NCBI RefSeq assembly: GCF_900167395.1
Contig: NZ_FUWK01000008.1
Span: 1 to 32,000 of the forward strand
Reading direction: 5' to 3'
Length of the DNA stretch: 32,000 nucleotides
DNA from: Nitrosomonas europaea
Lineage (GTDB): Bacteria; Pseudomonadota; Gammaproteobacteria; Burkholderiales; Nitrosomonadaceae
The notes under the pieces were generated by a model, which did no database searches, had not been told where the DNA came from, and was given only the letters and a program-made list of their open reading frames with translations. Positions within the stretch are counted from its first letter, which is position 1; every line of letters starts with the position of its first letter. Of this stretch, positions 1 to 6,800 are shown piece after piece. Position numbers and translations under genes: made by a program.

Positions 1-2
1 CA

Positions 3-182
3 TTCCGGCGCAAGATTTACCAGTCCATTGAAGAGTTACAACACGATCTGGATGATTGGATGGCGTACTACAACAGTGTGCGGACTCACCAGGGAAAAAT
101 GTGCTGTGGACGCACCCCGATGCAAACTTTAATTGACGCAAAGGAGATATGGGACGATAAAATTACCGAATTGAATAACTGA
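3..182 (+). CDS. C-terminal 59 codons of a DDE (rve / integrase-core) transposase. The 5' part lies outside the window.
   Basis: Frame 3 is open from the window edge. It reads FRRKIYQSIEELQHDLDDWMAYYNSVRTHQGKMCCGRTPMQTLIDAKEIWDDKITELNN followed by TGA at 180-182. The YN..R.HQG...TP tail is typical of rve-domain (IS481/IS3-type) transposases. Confidence 0.7.
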   Translation, partial: FRRKIYQSIEELQHDLDDWMAYYNSVRTHQGKMCCGRTPMQTLIDAKEIWDDKITELNN

Positions 183-183
183 A

Positions 184-229
184 TCTGATCTAACAGGCAC
201 TCGTCAAATCGGGTAACTGTCAGATCAGA
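184..229. repeat. Imperfect hairpin directly after the transposase stop codon.
   Basis: TCTGATCTAACAG (184-196) pairs with CTGTCAGATCAGA (217-229). That is 12 of 13 positions complementary, with a 20-nt loop. Confidence 0.6.
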
Positions 230-273
230 TCTCAACTACTACAATTTATTACTGACTTTATTATCCGGCTACA

Positions 274-425
274 TGTGTAATAACCTGCATTCAGCAAGAT
301 TTTGAGCCAGCAATAACTACATCTATCCACCCCTGCAAACCAGCATTAACTGCAAATGAACCTGCACTTATTCCTATCGACCTGCATTTGATCTTCACAA
401 ACCGACAATAACTGCGACTGACAAA
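274..425 (+). repeat. Array of five phased, degenerate direct repeats with a period of about 32 bp and core AATAAC-(C)TGCA. It resembles an iteron array or a set of transposase-binding sites.
   Basis: Cores are at 279-284 AATAAC, 312-317 AATAAC, 345-350 ATTAAC, 376-381 ATCGAC and 407-412 AATAAC. Spacings are 33, 33, 31 and 31 bp. Each core is followed by CTGCATT, TACATCT, TGCAAAT, CTGCATT or TGCGACT. The array begins with TGTGTAATAACCTGCATT. Confidence 0.6.
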
Positions 426-454
426 ACATTCATTACCTACCTATATAATTAACA

Positions 455-580
455 GAATGTCATTCTGTGCTATACCCTAACCTGATGTCAGGATACGTCA
501 CGCATAAGCGTCAGAATAGGGTTTGCATGGCAATTAATTGACATTTCTAATCAAAAGTAATAGATTTCACTCTGACACAT
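455..580 (+). promoter_or_regulatory. Tn21/Tn1721-type res (resolution) site upstream of tnpR.
   Basis: Resolvase half-site-like motifs: TGTCA at 458-462 and 486-490, CGTCA at 496-500 and 509-513, TGACA at 539-543 and 573-577. The strings TACCCTAACCTGATGTCAG, GCGTCAGAATAGG and TTAATTGACAT closely match my recollection of Tn21/Tn1721 res. The position immediately 5' of tnpR is canonical. Confidence 0.65.
538..566 (+). promoter_or_regulatory. Putative tnpR promoter embedded in the tnpR-proximal res subsite.
   Basis: TTGACA (538-543), a 17-nt spacer, then TAGATT (561-566). GGAG at 590-593 lies 5 nt before the TTG start at 599. Confidence 0.45.
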
Positions 581-598
581 ATTACTTTTGGAGTTAAC

Positions 599-1159
599 TT
601 GCCAGGTAAGCGCATTGGTTATGTTCGGGTCAGCAGCTTTGACCAAAATCCTGAACGGCAACTGGAAGGCATTCAGGTTGATCGCGTGTTCACTGATAAG
701 GCATCGGGTAAAGATATCCAGCGACCACAACTCGATATGTTGCTGGATTTTGTGCGTGAGGACGATACAGTCGTCGTCCATAGTATGGATCGCCTGGCAC
801 GCAACCTAGATGACCTGCGTCGTCTGGTACAAGATCTTACCGGTCGTGGTATCCGAGTCGAATTTGTCAAAGAAGGATTAATTTTTACCGGTGAAGATTC
901 TCCGATGGCCAACCTGATGCTGTCGGTCATGGGATCTTTTGCGGAGTTTGAGCGTGCTCTGATCCGCGAACGGCAGCGCGAAGGTATTACACTTGCCAAA
1001 CAGCGAGGTGCCTATAGGGGTCGCAAGAAATCGCTGAACAGCGAACAGGTTGCGGAATTAAAGCGAAGGGTCGTAGCAGGCGAACAAAAAGCGCTCATCG
1101 CCCGCAGCTTTGGTATCAGCCGCGAAACGCTTTACCAATATCTGAAAACAGTAGATTGA
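599..1159 (+). CDS. tnpR: Serine recombinase of the Tn3-family resolvase type (Tn21 subgroup-like TnpR), 186 aa, with a TTG start.
   Basis: The translation PGKRIGYVRVSSFDQNPERQLEG...VVVHSMDRLARNLDDLRRLV...SPMANLMLSVMGSFAEFERALIRERQREGI...GRKKSL...FGISRETLYQYL shows the catalytic Ser motif (YVRVSS), the resolvase core and a C-terminal HTH. No tnpA follows, so the gene is an orphan. Confidence 0.9.
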   Translation: MPGKRIGYVRVSSFDQNPERQLEGIQVDRVFTDKASGKDIQRPQLDMLLDFVREDDTVVVHSMDRLARNLDDLRRLVQDLTGRGIRVEFVKEGLIFTGEDSPMANLMLSVMGSFAEFERALIRERQREGITLAKQRGAYRGRKKSLNSEQVAELKRRVVAGEQKALIARSFGISRETLYQYLKTVD

Positions 1160-1197
1160 AAAGCCACGCCATATTGATTGTGCGTCTGAATCTCGTT

Positions 1198-1236
1198 GAA
1201 TGCAGGTCGGATCATTTATAAATGCAGGTTGTTACA
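1198..1236 (+). repeat. Two adjacent copies (22-bp spacing) of the AATGCAGGT site, in the opposite orientation to the 274-425 array. The outer copy forms a 16-bp inverted repeat with 276-291.
   Basis: GAATGCAGGTCGG at 1198-1210 and AAATGCAGGTTGTTACA at 1220-1236. The reverse complement of 276-291 (TGTAATAACCTGCATT) is AATGCAGGTTATTACA, which matches 1221-1236 at 15 of 16 positions. Confidence 0.65.
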
Positions 1237-1333
1237 GGTATGAATCGAGAGATTCACGTACCGTTGCGTGAGAGCCCGAGGATGAAATTCCCTTGGGCTA
1301 CTCGACCAATTATAACTTTATCTGCCACCGGTT

Positions 1334-1993
1334 TTATTTATTTGAAATTATTCCTCTGGCTTTGAGTGAAACTAAAGCCTTTTTAAGTTCTTTCTCGGTT
1401 AACTTGCCATTCAATTCATTGTTTAAGTCATCAATGTTCGGCCATGCATGTCCATATGCGTTGAGGAAATCCTCTTTTTCGTAAGCTCTATAGTCCACAA
1501 TGATTGGCCTTCTCTCCAAAATATATATGGTCTCAAACACCATTTTTTCATCAGGATCTTCTATTCTTTCATATGCTAATACTATTGATTTTATAAATTC
1601 CCACCCTGCGATGCCGGGCGCAATCCACGCCAAGGGTCCTGTAATAGGTGTTAAAGCATAACCTGCGGCGACAATTCCTAGAAATTTAAGTAGGCCGTCT
1701 TTGGAGGCTTTACCAAGTTTATATACACAAAATTGGCGCAGTCGAAAAGCAAGTAGATAATCTTCTCTTGGTTGGGTTATGTAATTTGTTTGAAAAACTC
1801 CTGCTAATGCGCGATGAGTTTCGTTTTCTATTTTGTAATTGCTGCTTAATTCTTTTATAAGATCTAATTCCAACATTACTTTTGACTGCAATGGAATTAT
1901 TTCTGTGAATGAAGACAATGCCGATGGTATGTCAGTATTAAACACCCATTCTTCTGAATTAACGAGGGCATAGGCTTGCATAGTAGAAATCAT
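1334..1993 (-). CDS. Hypothetical protein, 219 aa, AT-rich orphan with a central hydrophobic hairpin (two probable TM helices).
   Basis: It is the only long ORF in a visibly AT-rich block. The hydrophobic stretch is LLKFLGIVAAGYALTPITGPLAWIAPGIAGWEFIKSIVLAY. I recognise no family motif. No clear Shine-Dalgarno precedes the ATG at 1993. Confidence 0.6.
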   Translation of the reverse strand: MISTMQAYALVNSEEWVFNTDIPSALSSFTEIIPLQSKVMLELDLIKELSSNYKIENETHRALAGVFQTNYITQPREDYLLAFRLRQFCVYKLGKASKDGLLKFLGIVAAGYALTPITGPLAWIAPGIAGWEFIKSIVLAYERIEDPDEKMVFETIYILERRPIIVDYRAYEKEDFLNAYGHAWPNIDDLNNELNGKLTEKELKKALVSLKARGIISNK

Positions 1994-2005
1994 TTTTTTG
2001 TTAAC

Positions 2006-2030
2006 TGTCTTTTTCAGAATAGGATTGCAC
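2006..2030 (+). repeat. Tn402-family-like 25-bp terminal inverted repeat (IRi-like, degenerate).
   Basis: TGTCTTTTTCAGAATAGGATTGCAC matches the remembered IRi TGTCGTTTTCAGAAGACGGCTGCAC at 20 of 25 positions. Confidence 0.65.
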
Positions 2031-2073
2031 TAGGGTCTGTTGACATTTCGCTCTAAGTTCTTGCACTAGAAAA

Positions 2074-2121
2074 GAAAACTCGTATTGTAAAAGCTCTCAC
2101 ACCGTCACGATACGAGTTTTC
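2074..2121. repeat. Perfect 12-bp inverted repeat (hairpin) ending 1 nt before the IS5-like ATG.
   Basis: GAAAACTCGTAT (2074-2085) and ATACGAGTTTTC (2110-2121) with a 24-nt loop. Confidence 0.7.
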
Positions 2122-2122
2122 A

Positions 2123-2389
2123 ATGCCCCGTTAACTGCTCAGCGACGAGCATTGGTCGAAGCTGCGTAAGATTTTGCGGCAGATGGCCATCTATGACAAG
2201 CCCGATCTACGTCTGACCGTCGAGGGTATGCTCTACCGTATGCGGGTAGGCTGTCCCTGGCGAGACCTGCCCGAGGCATTCGGCTACTGGAACAGCATCT
2301 ACAAACGCTTCAATGCCTGGTCTGCTGCAGGCAAGTGGGTCAACCTGTTCAAGGCGCTGGTGGTTGAACCTGAAATGCAGGTCGCATAG
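2123..2389 (+). pseudogene. IS5-family (DUF4096-type N-terminal domain) transposase remnant. It has a premature stop at codon 4 and lacks the C-terminal DDE domain.
   Basis: It reads MPR*LLSDEHWSKLRKILRQMAIYDKPDLRLTVEGMLYRMRVGCPWRDLPEAFGYWNSIYKRFNAWSAAGKWVNLFKALVVEPEM..., with TAA at 2132-2134. Family-like sequence stops near 2375, where an AATGCAGGTCG repeat begins. Confidence 0.8.
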
Positions 2390-2411
2390 GCATAATTGCG
2401 ACTGACTGAAG
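2373..2411 (+). repeat. A further copy of the AATGCAGGT / AATAACTGCGACTGAC repeat family, located at the truncation point of the IS5-like ORF.
   Basis: AAATGCAGGTCG (2373-2384) equals the reverse complement of 378-389. CATAATTGCGACTGAC (2391-2406) resembles CAATAACTGCGACTGAC (406-422). Confidence 0.6.
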
Positions 2412-2499
2412 ATTATTTACAGACGCATAAACTAAACTGAATATCATATTCTGAGGCCACCTATACAGCCAATTGAGTGCTATCAAGTTCTGATATTTG

Positions 2500-2524
2500 G
2501 TGCAGTCGTCTTCTGAAAATGACA
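2500..2524 (-). repeat. Tn402/Tn5053-family 25-bp terminal inverted repeat (IRt-type), with its outer end at 2524.
   Basis: The plus strand reads GTGCAGTCGTCTTCTGAAAATGACA. Its complement TGTCATTTTCAGAAGACGACTGCAC is, as far as I recall, identical to the IRt of Tn402 / class 1 integrons. Confidence 0.75.
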
Positions 2525-2924
2525 ATATCTAGCGGGAAGATCATGTCGAGATGGCGCATATTCCCGCTATTGATATTACCCGGTACACCGTCGATCAACA
2601 GCTTGATGCCGTTGATGTAGCCTTCGCCGTTGAAGGCGCGGAAGGAGGGCTTGCCGGATTCGGCGCCGAGACGGAATTCGGTCGACTGTATGCCGGGCAT
2701 CTGGCCGATCAATTCCCAGCTGTTCATCACGTTTTTGTCCTGCACACGCTCGGCACCCATTACGTCGACCGAAGTCAGGATGCTGCGTGTTGGCAAGGAG
2801 CCGGTGTTGCCGGAATTGACCGTCACTTCCCCCAGTACGACCATTGACTCCTGTGCCTGAGCGCTGGACAGCGCCAGGGCAATCAGCCAGACGAGCCGGC
2901 TGGGTTTGAATCCGGATTTTTCAT
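2525..2924 (-). pseudogene. 5' fragment of a second TonB-dependent receptor gene (signal peptide plus part of the plug domain). It is truncated by the Tn402-type end and frameshifted in an A-run near the start.
   Basis: The translation ...SGFKPSRLVWLIALALSSAQAQESMVVLGEVTVNSGNTGSLPTRSILTSVDVMGAERVQDKNVMNSWELIGQMPGIQS...FRAFNGEGYINGIKLLIDGVP...LDMIFPLD is plug-domain-like. It loses similarity at 2524/2525. The ATG at 2924-2922 is one nucleotide out of frame with the body; the A5 run is at 2917-2921 (T5 on the plus strand). Confidence 0.75.
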
Positions 2925-2995
2925 TGAGCCAGCCGATGCGCCATACGTGTGCTGGACTTCTGTCGCCAGTCGAAATATCGTGTGCCGATCTGATT

Positions 2996-3328
2996 TCACT
3001 GCTCCTGTTCTGGTACGTAGATCATCGAACCATCCTTGAGGCGAAAAGCTGTTCCGGCTTTGGTGCCTTCTCCTTCTCCGATCTGTCCCGTGGATTTGTA
3101 ATGTTTCAGTTCCTCACCTTGTTTAATGATCATTTCCATGGATGGTTTGCCGGGATCCTTGATGATCACCGCGTCCTGCAGCGTGAACGGATTGAGCGGG
3201 TTTTCCATCACTGCGATCAGCAATACGGCGATGATCACGAGAAAGACATCGATGATATTGACGACACTGAGGATCGGATCATCTCCATCTTCATCTTCCA
3301 GGATTGAAAGCGATCTGCGCTCAGCCAT
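2996..3328 (-). CDS. ExbD/TolR-topology single-pass membrane protein (DUF2149-like), 110 aa.
   Basis: MAERRSLSILEDEDGDDPILSVVNIIDVFLVIIAVLLIAVMENP... consists of an acidic N-terminus, one TM helix and a soluble C-terminal domain, as in ExbD. Its ATG (3328-3326) overlaps the upstream stop within ATGGCTGA, which suggests translational coupling. An alternative ATG is at 3340. Confidence 0.7.
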   Translation of the reverse strand: MAERRSLSILEDEDGDDPILSVVNIIDVFLVIIAVLLIAVMENPLNPFTLQDAVIIKDPGKPSMEMIIKQGEELKHYKSTGQIGEGEGTKAGTAFRLKDGSMIYVPEQEQ

Positions 3329-3830
3329 GAACGACTCCATCCAGGTGAGTGGGTACTTCATGTGAACCGAGGATATGCTCGAGTTCCTCCAGCAACCAGC
3401 GCCGACGGATAGTGAGCACGAAATACGATAGAGAAGCCGTGAGCAGGGCAATGATTACTGCAGAAAAGGCGACGATCAGGCTTTCGGCCATTCCTTGCGC
3501 ATTCCCTGCAGATACCGCAACAAGTGCGGGACCCATTGGAATCATGGTAGCCACCAGCCCGAGCATCGGAGCAACCCGGCTGGTGATGCGCAAAGGCTCG
3601 ATCAGACGGAGCAGTTGCAGCTCCAGCATTTCCTGGGTGGCGGCCGGATGAGCATGCATAAAGAGGACGAGTGGCTGTCTCTGCCTGCTGCCGACAGTAC
3701 GCAGCAATGTATCCATCAGCAGAGTGCCTGCAGTAAACAGGGCATAGATAAACATCAGGCCAAGCACGATCAGGACGGGTGTCAGAAACAGCCGGGAGAT
3801 TTCATAAAATAATGATTCAAGCGCATTCAT
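3321..3830 (-). CDS. MotA/TolQ/ExbB-family proton-channel protein (short form), 169 aa.
   Basis: It has three hydrophobic helices. The segment RITSRVAPMLGLVATMIPMGPALVAV...ESLIVAFSAVIIALLTASLSYFV is typical of the ExbB/TolQ C-terminal core. It sits between the CobN-like and ExbD-like genes. Confidence 0.75.
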   Translation of the reverse strand: MNALESLFYEISRLFLTPVLIVLGLMFIYALFTAGTLLMDTLLRTVGSRQRQPLVLFMHAHPAATQEMLELQLLRLIEPLRITSRVAPMLGLVATMIPMGPALVAVSAGNAQGMAESLIVAFSAVIIALLTASLSYFVLTIRRRWLLEELEHILGSHEVPTHLDGVVHG

Positions 3831-3866
3831 GGTTTTTTAAGTCAGGTCAGTCAGGAATTTTTGTGT

Positions 3867-6800
3867 TTAAGAAAGTTTCAAGCCGGAGAATGCCTGCCGT
3901 TCCCGGTAGGTGCGCCAGGACTGGTAGACAGCGCCTGCAGCGATGATGCCGATGAGCAGCCAGGCATAATTCCACAGGATTTCTTCGATCATTGGCTGAA
4001 CAGGGGTCTCGACCATTTGCTGGCCGCGTACGATGTCCGCAGTCTGTTGTGGTTCAGGTTGTGGATTGGCTTGGCTTTCAACAGGGGTATCGGGGGTATT
4101 CAGACCATAGCCGGCTGCCAGTTCAGCGACATATGCTTTGAAAGTGGCGTTGTCGGTCTGGATATCATGGCGATTTGCGATGTCGGTATAGACCTCGACC
4201 AGTTCGCGTCTGGTCTGTTCGCTTGCTTCCCAGTAATCCTTGCGGATAGCTTCCAGCATGCGTTCAGCGATCTGGGCCAGCGCGGCAGGATTCGATTTCT
4301 CGAACCAGTCACGCATGTCGAGGTTATAACGGTCGGCAATATAGCTCTGGTGAAATTCCTCCCATTGATCATCCCGGGTGATATTACGATCCATGACCTG
4401 CCATCCCCAGAAGTTGTTGATCGTATCGAGCATCTGCAATGTTCCGGAATAGCCTTCTTTCTGCATTTCCCTGATCCAGTTCGGGTGCTGGTAAACCGCA
4501 CGCAATTCCCTGGCCATGAATTTTTCTGCCGACTCAAGCCTGGCGCGTGCCGGATCGCGCAGATTGGAAATATAGAGTTGCGGGCTCGTCCCATCCAGAT
4601 GCCGTACTGCCATCGATATTCCTCCCAGATATTCGAATGGATGATCCGTATCGAGCAGGCCGCGCAGGTTGGATGAACGTGAAAACACTGCAGCACTCGT
4701 GCCGCGCAGATGTTCCGCGTAGGCGTTTATTTCGTTTCCTTTGCCATCGGTAAGTTTCTGGCTCCAGTGTGCCGGGTTCGGCCCGTAAGCCCAGGACATG
4801 CGTGACAGATAGAGGTTCTCGAGCTTGCCGTCCTTCTCGTCCCATTTATCCGAAGCCAGAGTGGCTTGGGTCAGGCGTGTGCTGTAGTCACCACTTTCAT
4901 TGCCAAAAATACGTGTCAAGGCAAATTCCCTGGCCGTTTCAGGTGTTACTCCCAGCTTCTTCAGTTGTGCCCGGATACGCCGGGTATTGGCACGTATGGG
5001 GTTGTCACTGTCGGGTTCGTCCTGTTCAGCCAATAGTGTGATTGCCTGGTTGAATCGTTCCATTACATTTGGAAACTGGTCACGATACAGTCCGGTCAGT
5101 GAAATGACCGTATCGATACGGGGACGCCCCAGCTCGCTCAGGGGAATGACTTCCATACCGGTTACCCGCCCGCCCTCATCCCATACAGGTCGCACACCCA
5201 TGGCATAGAATATCTGTGCCTCGAGCATGCCGAGATGGCGCATGGTTTCAGTGCTCCACATCGAGAAGGCGAGTTTTTCCGGAAATTTGTCGTGCGTGAG
5301 TTTGTAGCTGGCAATCAATTGTTCGACTGCCTGCCCGCCCGCTTCATAAGCCGCACGAGTGGGGACTCTTCCAGGGTCGAATCCGTACATGTTGCGGCCG
5401 GTCGGCAGTGCATCCGGGTTGCGGATCGGGTCTCCACCATACGAAGGATCGATCCAGCGCGATGATAATCCTTTTACGATTGAATCGATTTCCGGGGCTG
5501 CGTGCAGATTCATGCGAAATGTGCGGCCGCGTTCAGCCATCGCTCGCAATCCGGGATCGTTGATATCGTTCAGTGGCTGATCGGAGAAGACATACGTCTC
5601 AACGAAACGATAGGGTTCGGATTGCTGAATTTTGCGGTAATCTTCGCGCAGCAGAGTGCGGGCATCTTCGATACCCAGCAGATCGTAGAGGGGTTGCCCG
5701 AGCATCTGCATGACGTTGCTGATCTGATGAGCCTGTTCCGCATCGCGTCCGAGAGTATGCAAACCCAGTGGCTGCTGGGCTGTCCCGAGATCTTCGAGAT
5801 AATCTTCGATGTCCCGCAAAAAATTGTCGAAATTTCGTTCCAGATCAGCGACTTTCCATTGCATATCCTGATGGATATTCATTCTGACTGCCTGCTCGAT
5901 GATCAGCTTGCGGTTATTGTCGCGCACCAGGCCTTGATCCAGTGACTGGTATTCCCGGATCAGGTCATTGAGCCGGACGAAATCATCGGAGAGACCAGCC
6001 GGAGAAAAGGCAGGCGTCTGATGGCTGATGATGACCCCGCGTCCCCGGCGTTTGACGTGAATGGCCTCGCCGATGTTATCCACGATATAGGGATAGATCA
6101 CCGGCAGGTTGCCAACCAGAATGTTGGGATAGTCATACGCCCACAGACCGCGCTCTTTCCCCGGTGTCCATTCCTGGGTACCGTGTGTGCCAAAATGTAC
6201 GATGGCATCGGCGCTGAATTGTTCGCGTATCCATAAATAGCTGGCGAGATAGGCGTGCCCGGGAGGTTGCCGGGTATCGTGGAACAGTTTCTTTTCTTCT
6301 TCCATACCCGCCATTTCGCCGCGTGAAGGCTGCGGCATCACGACCAGATTGCCCAGTTGCATACGCGGAATCACGAATCCATTTACGCTATCCTTGTGCG
6401 CAAGCCACACGCTTTCTTCCGGATTTCCCCAGCGAGCTTCGATGTCATTTCGCACCGATTCCGGCAAGGTTGCATACCACGCGCGATAGCGGGCAAGCGG
6501 GAGGAAATCCCAATGCGGGGTGCGCATCAGTTCCGGAATACCGCCAGCACGATAGGCTGGTCGCAGCATCTGTCCGACCGTATCGATCATTTGTTGTTCG
6601 GTTACGGCTTCAAAGGCATAGCCTTCCGAACGCAGATGTTCTACCAGATATTCAAGTGACCTGGGTACGTTCAGATTGGAGGCTCCCTGGTTTTTCTCAC
6701 CAGGGGGATGATTCCAGAACAGCAAAGCGACACGTTTATCGGCATTGGCCCTGAGGCTGAGACGTGCCAGATTGATAGCTTTGCCGACCAATAGATCCAG

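Larger units (their letters stand above)
1..243 (+). mobile_element. Right-hand end of an insertion sequence (IS481-like). The left part lies outside the window and the right boundary is only a guess.
   Basis: Contains the transposase 3' end (3-182) and a 13-bp-arm hairpin (184-229). The sequence ...CTACTACA ends at 243, which is consistent with a TGT...ACA type terminus. The boundary is not proven. Confidence 0.45.
2006..2524. mobile_element. Decayed Tn402/Tn5053-family shell of 519 bp. It has 25-bp terminal inverted repeats but no tni genes, and it encloses an IS5-family transposase fragment.
   Basis: Left terminus is TGTCTTTTTCAGAATAGGATTGCAC (2006-2030). The right terminus reads TGTCATTTTCAGAAGACGACTGCAC on the minus strand (2524-2500). 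The two match each other at 21 of 25 positions. Both resemble the Tn402 / class 1 integron IRi/IRt sequence TGTC(G/A)TTTTCAGAAGACG(G/A)CTGCAC as I recall it. GCAC-ended partial repeats lie just inside each end, at about 2038-2066 and 2476-2499. Confidence 0.7.

Noticed and set aside
2032-2057. GGGTCTG...GCTCTAAG, which resembles the outer and inner ends of a Tn3-family 38-bp inverted repeat.
   Set aside because: It is only about 26 bp long with a non-matching middle. It is better explained as internal sequence of the Tn402-type end, which contains GCAC-ended subterminal repeats.
2996-3451. The full 151-aa version of the ExbD-like ORF.
   Set aside because: Its first 41 codons overlap the 3' end of the ExbB-like gene in another frame and look non-protein-like. 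The internal ATG at 3328 gives the canonical stop/start overlap and an ExbD-like N-terminus.
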